Positions 28,701 to 41,712 of a DNA stretch of 64,000 nucleotides are shown here, one piece after another. Under the pieces are notes generated by a model. That model made no database searches. It worked only from the letters and a program-made list of their open reading frames with translations, and was not told the DNA's origin. The DNA comes from the human T2T-CHM13v2.0 reference genome, Homo sapiens, in the NCBI RefSeq assembly GCF_009914755.1, contig NC_060939.1. The stretch is one strand, 5' to 3'. Positions within the stretch are counted from its first letter, which is position 1. Each line of letters begins with the position of its first letter. The translations under genes were made by a program, and so were the position numbers.

Positions 28701-31700
28701 GCGAGACAATTTGAAAATATTTTTAACTTCAAAAATTCACTCTGTTAACAATAGACAGTATGTGAAGACAAAAACCCAAATATCTTTGTACCAAAAGCAA
28801 AAAGGCAGAAGGATATGAATGTAAACCCTACCCAACAACTGCCCTATTTTAATTTATCTAGGATAGTGTTTCTTCTAGTTTATTTTAAAAACCTTAGCAT
28901 GCTACTGAAACTTCAGAATAAACATCACACCTCTTTTCTATAATTAGAATTTTTATTCACTGATTTTAAAAAGGGAGTGAATAATTCTTGTATACTGACT
29001 AATGCTTTTTAAAATACGTAAGCATAAAAGACAAATTAAAGGCATTTCCAGGGTAAATAGGAAAGGAGGGTTAAAGACTCATATTAAATATTCATTCATC
29101 CACAGCCATGTCAGTTGCAATTTTAAGAGTTGTTAGGAAAGAAGAACAGGTTTAGTTGTTTGTTTTTAATAGAACCTGGGGGGTTGAAATAGTAGCTCTT
29201 CAATAACTGAACATTCAAATTGCAATTCCTGAAAAAGATTTGATACTTTTGAATTTGTTTTCAATTTATATACAGTGTAGACTTTAGCAAAATAGTATCT
29301 AATTTTAAAAGCCATTAAATTAACCAAAATCACATGTAAGAAAATCAATGAGTAAATAGGCATAAGTCTTTATCACTCAGAGGAGGCTAAGAAGAAAAGT
29401 ATCTTTAAAATCCTCACTACTTAAATATCACAATAGTAGCATCTTTTTAATTACTTGGTAATGTGGCAACAAAGTATATGCAAAGAAATTGCAACATACC
29501 TTTAGAAGTAAATAAGTTATTAACATACATTCTACACAGAAATAGGCTTCCCCAATTTTGCTATCTTCTTCTCCCTGACGGTGATGTGATGTGGTTCTGC
29601 CAAGAAATAACCAATGTGACATTTTTCACTGAATTCAATATTCCCTTCCTTTAATGTTCTCAGTTTTGCTTTAAACTATTTAAAGTGACTTCCTCTCAAT
29701 CCATTTACCTCAGTCAAGTACATAGAAATCTCCTAGATAAGGTTGATTAATTTATTATGAATTATAATAGATGGATAGGAAAAGTATCTTTCTCTACCTT
29801 GTATTCAAACTAAAAAGAAAAGTATAAATTTTATTTAAACAATACACTTTGTAAATTCTCAAGCTAATACATCCTATGGTCAAGAAGCTGAATATGAAGT
29901 TAAACAGTCTTCTCTTAATTTTACACAGAAGTTCTTTATTTATTTTTAAGATGCACCTTCAACTTTTCAAGAAATCAGCCTTTTAAGAGGAGAAATGAGG
30001 TTGTAATTAATTTGTGCATGTTTCCCTATTATGACAGTATGTCTGTCTCTGTCCACCTACTTACTCCTTTATATTGAAACTGTCCCCCCCCCAAAAAAAA
30101 CCTTATAAAAACCAATAGAATGGAAATCGCTCCTTAAACTATTTTTCTCCAACTGCAATTCACCTTGAGTTTGTGTTTTAAGAAAATTAAATTAGATCCC
30201 TTTTGTTGTTCTGCTTGTATTTTCTTTGAGTACTACTGATGCAGCTAATTAACCATATTAATTTATCTGGGTATTTGCCTTACTAACACCTTCACATTTA
30301 AATGACTGGCACTTGATATCATTTGATTAATGCTTTTTTTTACATACCAAAAATTAACTGTCATTTAAAAGATTTCATTACCAGACTCTTGAGAAAGAGA
30401 AAAATATAGAACCAGACAATAATTCCTCACTCTGTCCACTACTAAGTATGAGCTGATGTCCACATGGCTTTAGATGTCTTTGGAACTTTCTCAGCAGGAT
30501 TTGCCTTACAATATAATATTAGCATTAAAAGCATGTATAGCCCACATCACACTTGGTTAAATGGGCAGAGAGCCCCCTTATGCCATCATCTCTAGCTATA
30601 GCCTGTTCTCCTTTAATTCTTCAATCCATTGAAAAGTAAAATAGAATGAGTAGCATATCCCTGAATTTTTAAATATTTAGGCAAAAGATGCTCACCTTTT
30701 ATTTAAATGCCTTGCCAAAGCTACCAAACTGCAAAACTGATGGCTTTACTTTGAAGTGTCTTTCTGTGATTTTGCAAGCCACGGTAGCTCTACCATAGCT
30801 AAGTTGCTTCAGCTTGTATTTCAACAATGGTGGTTCTAAGGAGCTCATTCAAAACTCTTTTTTGTACTGCCTTCTGCCTTTTTGCCAGTACACATGAGTG
30901 ACAGCCTCTATCTAGTGCCTGAGTATATGAACCTTTAATCCATCAAGGAACTTCTAACACCATCAGAATATACACACCCACGTGCATACACCTTCCTGCA
31001 GCCACCAGGTTTGAAACCAGCAGAATATATTTTTCTAATCTCACCCAGATTTTATGGCTATAATGTGGCTACTGACAAGATTCTAAAATTAGCTTTTATT
31101 TAAATAAACCATGTAATTTTTTTTTAGTTTTTTTTTTTTTTTTTTTTAGTTTTTAAAACTCTCTGCCACGGCAATCTACTGCTGTAGACATGGTTAGAAA
31201 TATTTTTTAAATGGACTAGACGGTCAGTTAAATACAAGAAAATATTTCACTATATTATATTTTCTTATTCCCTAAAGTCCATCTCCATGGAGTGTGCTGC
31301 GGGTGATGGATGAGACTGTTGTCTATCTGAATGGAAACCTGCTTTCATAGGAAGGGTGGAGGTGGGAGAGGACCAGTGAAGGGCAGAGCTCTAAAATTCT
31401 GGCAACTAGAGTGAATATACCCTTTCCTCCTTTCATCCTTCTTCCTTTGCTCCCTCCCTCCCTCGCTTCCTTTTTGCTACGTCTCTTTTTGGTAGATCAC
31501 TGTAGTTAACCTTCGTTCTGGCCAAGACCAAGAAGGGTTAATGGACACCCGGCTCCTGACACCTTCCAGGTCAGCTTGGCTTGCGAACTTCCAACGCAGG
31601 AATTGGAGGATTACCGGGGAAGGAATGCGAGGTACCCGATAGCCTCACACCTGAACACGGTCGCTTCAATCCACTGGGATTCATTTAAAAAAAAAAAAAA

Positions 31701-31989
31701 AAGAAATTCTCTTCTGGAAAATGGTTAATTGGATCTGCAGCTACATTTCCTGTTGCACCGAAGAGCCAAGCAGGGCAGCCTGGATTGGATCCCTCAAGCT
31801 GCCAAGAAAATCGAGCAATTGGGGGGTGGTGGTGGGGGGGGGGTGAACCTTTCTAAATAAATAAACAAACGTAGGTAGCTATCAGTTGCTTTAGGGAGCG
31901 CAGATATTTAGGAAAAGGCCAGGAGCGGGAAAAGGAAGAAGAAACGAAAAAGATTCTCCCCTTTTCTTACCTTTTGCCCCTCCTTTCCC

Positions 31990-34200
31990 CTCCCGAAATT
32001 TGCGCCTACTTGATTATTTGCAGCTGTTTCGAACCTCAAGGTTTGTTCACAGTAGCGAGAGAGACTTGCGCTTGGAGAAGTGAAAAGCCATTTTCGCGCC
32101 AGGGCTTCGCTGCTTGAGTTTGGGGGTTTTGCTCTCCCTCCCAGCAAACTCCCCTCAAAGCCTTGCTAACTTCGTCAAGCCCTGCCAGCCTTTACTCCTT
32201 GGCCACTTGGGTTCGCAGTACCCAGCCAAGGGCCCCGGGCGGGTTTCCATCGCTGGGGGTGGCCTGGTACCCCCAAAGCTGAGTTCCCGCCTAGGAGAGG
32301 ACGCTGACGTCCTGGGGCTTCCTCGGTGCCTGTCACCCAGCCCCCTGCCTTCCTCCTCGGCCTCAGATGTCGTCCCACCTGCCCACGAGCAGGGAACCTG
32401 GAACCCACTCTCCCGGCAGTCCCCAGCGGGTTCCGCCACCCGGCGGCCGCCCCTGACACCGAGTGGGTGGGAGGAAGAGGCAGCTGGCGGGGATGGGCCA
32501 TTGAGACCTCTTGAAAAATATTAAAAGACAGGATGGGTAGAGATTTCTCCGGGAGAAAGTTCGAGGGTGCATCGGGTCGCGGCTGGGAGGAGTACCCGAA
32601 ATGCCAGCAGGAGAAATGCAACCTGTTTAGGCCACACCTTCAATCCCCGAGGCTGTCTGGAGAGACTGCGTGCGGGGGACTTGCCGGCGTTCCCACACCG
32701 CGCCTGCAATCCACTCCCGCGGCTGCCTGGCCTCTGCCACTCGCGGCTTGAAGCCAGTGGCTCTCAAGCCCTCGGCCCCGCGGCGGCCCGCGCAGCCTTC
32801 ACCCGGCGCCGGCACCACGAAGCCTGGCCGCAGTGGACTCCCCGCAGCTCGCTGCGCCCTCGCGTCTCCCGTCGAGGAGGGAGGGACGGAGGCCTGAGCC
32901 GGGAGCTCCCTGGCGGTGGTCGGGCCGCCCCCCTTGAGGCCTGCTCCCCCCTCTCGGCCTCGCCAAATCCCTGAAAGCCCAGTCCCCCTTCGTCACCCCG
33001 GGGGCTTCTAATCACTCGGTATCGATTTCCCTAACTCTTTTCATCCTGTTGAAGACACATCTTAAAACACTCCAGCCCGGAGTGTGCTCTGGGCTTTATC
33101 CACACTAATAAAATGATTTACCCTTCTCTCCGCGCTCTCCTCACAGAGGAAAATCGTTCGAGCCCCGGCTATTTGTGTGTGATCAGTAAATATTTAGTGC
33201 GCTGACATCCTTAGCTGGGCTTCGGATCGATTCGGGGCCCACCGGGAGGTGCGCACGGTCCGGGCGGGGCCGCGCCGAGCTCGCCGAGGGGGCTCCTCCC
33301 GCCCTCGCCGCCGGCCGCTGATTTACGGCCCCTGCAACCAGCTAAGGGGGGCGAAAGCGCGCCTGGAAAATTGGCTTTTCAACCTTTTACTTTTGACATT
33401 CAGCCACTTCCCCAGGCTCTAATTCTCGCCCGCACTCCTCCCTCCCGCCCTACTAAGGGTTGCCCTGTGCGCCCTGCGAGCCCTTCCAGCAGCAACGCGC
33501 GGCGCTCGCGCCCCCTCGGCCCGGGGACCACCTATCACAGCCCTGAGCCGCGACGCGGGGAGGCCCCGGCCCCTGCTATGGGGGTCGCCTCCTTCGAGGA
33601 GAGATGCTCTCCGCCCGCCCACACCTCTGAGGGAGGAGAGGGGGTGGAGAAGCCCAGAGCTGCATCTGCTGGACGACGAGCCGCTCTCCCTGCTACCCTT
33701 TCTCCGACCCGTCGGCCTTTCTCCTACTCTGGAGACTGATCCTCGACGTCCATCGGGCCGGATGGCGTCGGGTGGAAGCGTTACTTTCCTCGCAGAAAAA
33801 CTCCTCCTCTTTCCTAAGATCAGAAAAAGCGCTTAGCTTGGAATTGTTAGGTGGAGGCCTCCTGCCCTGATAGTGGCTGTGAGAGGGCTGCGGCCGTGAC
33901 ACCGTCTGTGTCCCCTGGCCCTCCTGGCCTTCCCCGGGCGCAGACGATTTCATTATTGCAGGGCCGCACCGTGGACCTGGAGTAGGGCACTGCGGGGTCC
34001 CGCTGCGTCCTACGGGAGCGCTACCTCGGTCTGCTACGTTGCCCGAGTAAGATGTGAGGAATCCCGACCCTCGGACTCCACTACTCTTGGGCCGGGGCTT
34101 CGGGCCTGAAAGTCTCCGGCAATGTCGCCCACCTGTTAGCGAGCTTGTTCCCCTCTCACCTGGGGCCCGGGCCTTTGCAATTCCCCTGGGGCCCAAGAAG
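31990..34200. promoter_or_regulatory. Upstream CpG island
   Basis: Abrupt shift from AT-rich to GC-rich, CpG-dense sequence, with a GC box (gggcgggg ~33262). Confidence 0.85.
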
Positions 34201-36892
34201 GAAGGGGCATGACCTTGCTGGGTCTAGGCACCTCTCCAAAATGCTAGCGCCCTCTCCTTTGTCCTACACATGATTTTCTAAACAACCTTATCTGCAGACT
34301 ATATCTTTATACTAATGCATACTTAATTGGTCCGTCTTGACTGTCCATATAAAACAATTTAATTAGGGTGCTTTCTTGCTTTGGAGAGCAAAGAAAAAAA
34401 AAAAAAAAACCCTGCCCAGTGCTTATTGTATTTAGCACCAATACAGGCAGAAAATGTAGCACAAGTTTTTGGTTGAAAGAGCACCTCTGTGCCCATTGAA
34501 GGGCGTTGATCCGAAAAGACAGAAAGGACAAGTAAAATCGATTTGAAGCGACCCTCTCTGTCCCTTTCACACCATTCAGAAACTCCATTCCTTCTAAGAC
34601 AAAGACCAGCGCCTTGGGAATTCTCAGGGAAAAAGAGGACTCTAGTCCCACAAGCCTAGGGCACTTTTTTAAAAAAAAATCCTCAATATTTCACTTAAAA
34701 CCCACACTTGATGCTGTGCCCCCCAAGTATGGGTTCCACAGATGCCCCCTCCAAAGTGCCAAGCTGCAAGGCTGACAAACCCCCTTTCCCCTGCCTGTTT
34801 GGCCTTGTAGCCAGGCCAGGACAGCCGTTTAGGGTTAGTGCAGCCCTCACCTTTGACCTCCTAGATCCGAGTGGCTGCCAGCACTACAACTTTGGCCAAA
34901 GTTAAAAGAAAACCACAACAAAAAATTTTTTCTGCTCCCAAACCCAGGGAAACCAGTTCTGGTTCAGCCGCCTGAGCCACCTTACCCAATAGCAACCTCC
35001 ATCCCTAACTTTTTTTTCTTCTTCTTTTGCAATGAACTGCCTGAGCCATCTCTGAAGGAGGGAATTGAAGTTGTCAGGGCTCCACGGCTGGGTTGTGGGT
35101 GGGGGTGAGTTTCTTGGTCTAACTGGTCCTCCATTAGGAACCCCCGAATGCCAGGTTATCCCACTGGTGCCCGAGCTGGGGAAGGCAGTCATCTATCAGA
35201 ACTGGCAGGAAAGGGAGAAGGGAGAGGAATGAGATGGGCAGGGAGGGGAGAGAAAAGGCCAGGCTGTGATCATCTTCACCTGCCCTGAGTCCAGCCTTCC
35301 TGTTCAACTATTCCTCGACCTTCGGCTGGGGATGAAGGGGGCGGGGGCGAAAGGGAGGGGGCACCCCCGAGTTACACAAGTGGCCTCCTTCTACTAAGAG
35401 AATGAGTTCACCTCCTCCCCAGAGGAGCCTCACCATCCATCCACTCAGTATAACTGATGAGACAAACCGCAAGGAAAAACTTCTGTAGCCCATATTTATG
35501 GTATTAATGAATAGTTAAAAAAGATTTACACTTCTTATGATCAATATTCTGAGTTATTTTGCTCAAAGTATATAATTACAGTGTCTTCAGAGTTTTCATC
35601 ATTGTTTGAGGTGGCAAAACCATTTGTAATTTTCATTAGCCAGTAAACATGTAATTAACATTCAGCACTGTGTTTAACTTAATTCCTGTTTAAGACAAGG
35701 ACAAGAAGCAGCCGAAGAGCGTTAGTTCCATTTGTCAAGTCTGACATACATCTTACCATAACAGTTTCCTAAAATAAAAGATCCGTGTTTCCCCATTATT
35801 CTTCTCTTAAAACAAAACAAAACAAAAATCCATTAGTTAAGACAGTATTAAACTGTGAGAGGCAGCATAGTTTATATTCAATTTTCACTAGTTACCGTAT
35901 TCTTGCTTCCTTTATTCGTTTTGGGGAGTAGAGAAAGGGAGGGGGTGAATGAAGCATTCATTATCTGAAGGCATGGAATGGGGAACCCCTCCCCCCAAAA
36001 GAAATAGATTTCCTCCTCAGGAAAGTTCTAGAATAAGGACCGGAAAGGGGGGAGGCAGAAATCCACAGGGGAGAGGGGGAAAAATCACTTGGGGAGACTT
36101 GAGTTAAAAGTAGAAAATGAGGATTCCAAAGGATTCCTAGGAAAAATGTTGCCCTCTTGTCTCAAGTTCTATCTTTGATCCAGGACGAGGGAAGCCTGTC
36201 TGCCAGTCTGCGAGGCTGATGCTTTTTCCCCCTCCTCTTCCACCTCTGTTTTTTCCCAACTTGCTTTAGGATTAGCCTCCATCTCTCTCGACCCCAAACA
36301 GTGGAATTTGGCTGTGCCTTGGGTCGTCTTGCTTTGCAATATCGCCTATAGTTGTTGGCGGTTTTCTGCTGAGGCTGAGCCGTTTGCTCCAGCCTCCGAC
36401 TAAACTCATTAAGTTGGGAGATTTTTTTCAATTGGACGGGTGTTTTTAAAGTCTCGTCTTTCCAGCCCCAAACAAGGTGTAACAACGCACTCTTCCTTCT
36501 AAGGAATGAGATGAGAGACAAGGATCACTCCAGACATCTCCTACCTACGGTTTGGGGTTTTTTTTCTTAAAGGCGAGGCTTGCATTCCTCAGCAGCTATG
36601 TACAAAGCTCCCTGAAACCTTGTCTCTCTAAAGTTAGTGTGCAGGGTTTTCCAAGGCTGAGAGAGCCTAATACATGGGGAAGCACTTCCTTGAGGTGGAA
36701 GATCTCTCCCTTCACCTTTCCTCTTTTTCCCTGCAGGCTAGTGCCTACTTTTTATCAGTTTGCACAATCGCTTAGATAAACACCGAGGAGGAGATTCTCT
36801 TTAATTATCAAAGACACATCTTTTCAGGGGGCCAACAAAGCATTTATTTCACCCGCCAAACTAAAGGAGAGTTATTCCAGTTTAGGAGGAAG

Positions 36893-36935
36893 ATGCAAGC
36901 GGTTTGGGACCTTGAACAAGGCAAATATGGTTTTG
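36893..36935 (+). CDS. NR2F2: Coding part of the upstream alternative first exon of NR2F2 (DBD-less isoform, MQAVWDLEQGKYGF...)
   Basis: aagATG at 36893, 14 codons plus G, then donor TTTG|gtatgt. Phase 1 matches exon 2; 43+528+275 = 846 nt = 281 aa. Matches the N-terminus I recall for the short human isoform. Confidence 0.9.
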
Positions 36936-37990
36936 GTATGTTTACTTACAGTATTTTTTCTCTCTCTCTTTCCTTTCTCACTTTTCTGCTTGTGCTGTGT
37001 GGGGTTGGGGATGACTTGGGGCTTTTCAAAATATCGGTTTGCTAACGTGTATGAAATGCCGAGGACTGTGGTTTAAGGGGTTCGGGGAAGGGGGGATCAG
37101 AGTCAATTCAATGCATTGCCATATTTTATTACATGTGTGTGGTAGGAGAGATGGTGGAGGGGGAGGGGGGAAAATACAATTGCAAAGCTGCCAAAATATG
37201 ATTAAACCGAAGCGTTAAGACTGCGGAGCCTCCTATCTCCTCGTCCTGTCTCCTCAAACTCATTTCCTTCCACAGAGCAAACTAAAAACCAGTCCTATAA
37301 AGCGTGGTTTTGCAAGCAGCAGATGACTCGGTTTTCTAGCAAAGGAGCTGCTAGGCTCGCACTAAGTATCAGAATTTACTGTTCGCTTTGCCTCTGCGCT
37401 TCATTTTGCAACCTTGTGCAACTGACAGCCAGGCAGGCAGGGAGGGAGAAAAGCCTAGCCCGGCGCCCTCGGCCACGGTTCGGGTAGGCGAGCGCTCGGT
37501 TAAGCTAGGAGGAGAATCGCGACGAGAAGGGTACTCACCATCGGGCGGGGCGGTGGAGCTGGCGTGCGGATTTCAGGCAAACGTTTACCTTTTTGCTGTC
37601 TATTGCAACCGCGCCGGGCTGACTTAAGAAGCAATTCTGTGCTCTGTCCAGAACATTCAAGGAGCGGTTCCTCATTTTTAAAAAGCCAGCGAGAGAGACG
37701 ACAGAGACAGAGAGAAAGAAAAAGAGAGGAGGGGGTGAGGGGGACGCACATAAACCCAGTTCAAAAAAAAAAAAAAAATCACCTCTTCGCCAGTGACTCG
37801 GGAAACGCAGAGGTGGCGAGATCCGAGTACGGTCCAACCAAGCCAGAGCCAATTAATTTTAAATCCTGAAGAATTATTCAGATTAAAATGTACAGAAGTT
37901 TCGTTCTCCTATGCCTACGTGAGTCCAAAGTCGTTTCCCTTTAAGAGCTCCTTTTCTTTTAAAGTTGAATTTTAGGCAGCGAGGACTCTT

Positions 37991-38004
37991 ACACTAGGGG
38001 GCAG
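37991..38004 (+). promoter_or_regulatory. Candidate CTCF site
   Basis: ACACTAGGGGGCAG, one mismatch to the core CCACTAGGGGGCAG. Confidence 0.5.
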
Positions 38005-40985
38005 ACAGATACTGTACTTGCTCTAATCTTAAGCAATTTTTTCCCTCCCAGCATATGCTCTGATTTAGCACTGTAAATTTTTCAGAGGACCTAACTCTGA
38101 CAGCCCCTGGTGATTTTCAAAGTACCACAAGCCAGTGGTTAAAAATTGCATTGACTTGGAAGTTCAGAGGGACACAATGGAAGCCCCTTTCCCTATTCAT
38201 GGAGCTCCAGTGTGGTGGAAGAGAAAAACACACACGGACTAGATTGAGGGAAAGGAGGAATTCAATGAATCCTGGAGGACGGAACTGGTTTCTACTGAGT
38301 TCAGAGTTAAACTCGGCATTTGCTGGGGTCTGTATTCATATTGTGATTCAATCTGTAAAGAAATACAGCCCATCAGGCCACTTTCTGCAAGAAAATTATA
38401 TTCCTGGGTGTTGAGTTTCTTTCTTTTCTTTTTTAGATTAGGGCAAATGTTGTCCCAACTTTCTCTAGGCAAATTAAAGCTTGCCATTCTTCTCATTAAA
38501 ATAAATTTACATCTGCAAAAAAAGACTGAGTTGGATTTTTAAAAAACAACAATAATATATTGATTTTATCTTCTCAGAGCTTTTTAACCTTAGACGCACA
38601 GCAAGTGAGCATCTCTGGAGAAGACATTTAAAAATATTTTTGCCCTTTTTTCTTCTCAGTCTGTAGTCTTGTCTCTTCTTCTATGCATTAAAATTAAGTA
38701 TAATTCATACGGTGATTTTTTTTCTCCCTTGTAACAGCATTTCATAACTGAATGAGTCCTAAAATACAGAGTGAAACACCCCTGACTTTATGGCAGCCCT
38801 GTGATCATTTGCCTAGCAGGCTCCAATTTGTTAAGATATGGTTGGGAAATTATTCCATTTTAATCTAAGGCCATCACGCATACTTCAAATTCCAAAAATC
38901 TCTAAGTGGACTGGGGAAGCTCTTCCTCCTCGATATTGTTCCTTCCCATGTTTGTAAAAGGTAATCTGCTATGGAAGTCTCATTCAGGAGGTGAGATGAA
39001 GATTTCCCTATAATCAATTATTTTCATCCTCTATTGAGATGGGAATGCCCATTAGATTTCCTATCTCAACCCCAGTCTCATCACATCTCAGCTGAGCTTG
39101 TCCCGAATCTGCTGACATTTGTAACATTAGCAATTCCTGAATCATAGAGGTTGGAAGGGAAAACAACAACAACTACCAAAAACCTTCTCCTGTGTAATGA
39201 TTTCTTTTCCATCCTTCTTATCCTCTTTAGGAGAAAGTTATATTGTGTCTCTAATTAACCTGAAATTCTCAGCTTGGCTTCATTCTGTGGCAATCTTATT
39301 ACACACCAGGTTTATGATAGTTCAGTGTCCACTATAGGTTTGCTGGGCTTTTTTTTTTTTTTTTTAACAACTTTCAAATAAACCGAGAACCTGCAGCTTT
39401 AGTGAAATACGTGATTTCATCGGAGAAAGAGTGAGGGCTGAGGTTTCGGGAATGAAGCTTAAAGAAGATTTTTCCTTTCCTAAAAACCAGCCCCTATCTG
39501 CCCAGATCTTTAGTCCTTACCTCATATTCTGCCTATGTGTGTAAAGAGAATTGAATGTAAAATGTGATCTATGCATGTCAATTATATGTATGGTTTATTT
39601 TTAAAATATCTTTACCCTGTCAATTTTTTTTTCAGCTACCAAGGATGTTTTCTGTGGTCATCAATTTACTCTTCATATGTGTTCATTTCTTTCCTGGAGC
39701 TCAGCGTCTTTTGTGTAAAATATTTTAATTGTTCACAAACCTGGTTGGTTTACCGGCATGAGGTTTTTTCTTGGTGCAAAGTGTGTACAAAGGAGACACA
39801 ATTTTCTTGTATAAATGTGGAATAATGATAATTCACTAACTGGTCATAAACAACAAGTTTACTGCGTTGGAATATAGTGTGTTCTGAGAGCAATTCTACA
39901 TGTTTGATGTTTAAAACCAGACACCCTGGAATTCAAAGACACAACTGTCTCAATTATTTTAGCACATGGAGCAGAATGGCAATAGGCTATGAAGTTGTTC
40001 TTTTTGCAGTGACTTCTTGAGGTAGAATATGGCTTGGGTTTGGTTCTTGTGACCTGTACTAGTATTATTTCCCATTTGGGGCAGAATCTCTGGGTGCGTT
40101 TTAATGACTATATGAATGCTTAAAAGGAACTTGAGGAACAATGAAGTCCGTACTCAACTGTTCTATGACCTAGAAGCATAGTCGGTGAAGTCTTTGTCTG
40201 TGTACATTGACAAATGTGCATCTGATACATGTGCGCTTACATGTGTGTACAGAGGGTGTGCACAGGGGAGGCTGGGCGGCTGCCTCCTCCTGTCCATCAG
40301 TGGGCAGAGGTCTTTCCCCTCTCACCATGACTGGGTGTGTGGCAGGATGTTGGCTGGAGAGTTAGCTAAAACCAGCGAGAGAGGGTAAAGTTGAGGAAAA
40401 TTGATTCTAATTGCATCATGACAATCAGATGAAGTCTATTTCTGCTTCTCAGCATCCGAGATGCTTTATTTGGGCAATTAAAATGTCAGGCCACATACCT
40501 GTGAAATGTTAACCCTACAAGGAATAAACAGAAACAGAACGGCCTTTATCCTCTGAAAAGAATATATATCATATATATATGTCACCAAACCGAACAAGTG
40601 ATCAGAGTTAATTAAGAGAAGGGTTTGCCATCACCCGGATCTGGCCAACTCTTTCGTTTGGAAAATGCCTACAAGCTCAGTTCGTGGCACCTTCCCACCC
40701 TCACTCCCTATCCCTCTGCAAAGAAACCAGGGAACTTTTCTTTGGCATTGTGGGTACTAAGATGCGCCAGGAGTCCCGGGTGGTGCGCGAGCGGCGGAAT
40801 TCGTGACATCGCCAAGTTGCGAGAGGCAAACTCCCCGATTCCATCCAAAGCCTCTCGCGGAGCCTTTAAGAGACGTTGTGTGTGCGCGCTGCGCTAGTCT
40901 CCCCGCCGGGGCGGAAACCTCGGGTGCGGGATGTGGGGAGAGCAGAGGCAGCGCTCGCAGGGCCAGCACGGGCCCATCCCCCTCT

Positions 40986-41012
40986 CGGCGGCGGCGGCGG
41001 CGGCGGCGGCGG
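40986..41012. repeat. (CGG)9 pure repeat in the proximal promoter
   Basis: 27 nt of uninterrupted CGG. Confidence 0.95.
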
Positions 41013-41099
41013 CGCGGCCACCCCGTCCCCGCCCCCCCAACCCCCGGTCCCCCGCGTGCCCCGCGCCGCGCCGGCGACGCCGCTCGCGCTAGGACCGGG

Positions 41100-41330
41100 C
41101 TGCGCCCGCGGCCGCCATGGCGGGGCCGCCGCAGTCCGGCCAATGACGGCGAGGGGGCGGCGCGCGCGCGCCTGGCCAGGCCAACCCCGGCTGCTGCCTT
41201 ATAAGGCGCGCCGTCGCCATGGCAACGTGCGCTAAGTTGCAGCAGTCGTGTCAAAGTTCACTATATAGAGAGCTCAGTGAGCTGATCGCGGAGAAGCCAC
41301 TTCTGCCAGCCCCGGCGCCTATAAATCGCA
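41100..41330 (+). promoter_or_regulatory. NR2F2: NR2F2 main core promoter
   Basis: Inside a CpG island: CCAAT 41140-41144, CArG box CCTTATAAGG 41197-41206, RFX X-box-like GTCGCCATGGCAAC 41213-41226, DR1 GTGTCA-A-AGTTCA 41248-41260, TATA-like TATATAG 41262-41268 and TATAAA 41320-41325. Confidence 0.85.
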
Positions 41331-41633
41331 TTCCCTCCCGCGCCCCCCTTTTTAGCATATTTGATCACTTTGATTCTCTGTTCTTTTCTCTCCGCGGTGT
41401 GTGTGTGCGTGCGCGCGTGTGTGTTTTCTTCTTCTCCTCCTCCTCTCCCCGAGTTGCCTCCTTTCTCCGGGTGCCGTACTGCCTTTTTTCCCCTCTTTCA
41501 TTCTTTCTCTCCGTCTTTTTCTCCCCCCTCTGCGCACGAAGGATGTGCTTCTAGGTGGTGATCTGCCCTCCTCTCTCTCTTTTATCATTTCTCCCCCGCC
41601 GCCGGCGAGTTGACTCTTTCCCTATGTGTGTGA

Positions 41634-41712
41634 GGCGGCGGCGGCAGCAGCAGCAGCAGCGGCTCCGGCGGCGGCAGCAGCGGCAGCAGCGACTTCAGCG
41701 GCGGCGGCGGCG
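41634..41712 (+). repeat. Mixed (GGC)/(GCA) triplet repeat in the 5' UTR
   Basis: Direct reading. Confidence 0.9.

Noticed and set aside
32114-34196. ORF cluster in the upstream CpG island
   Set aside because: Same GC-content artefact; several use non-ATG starts.
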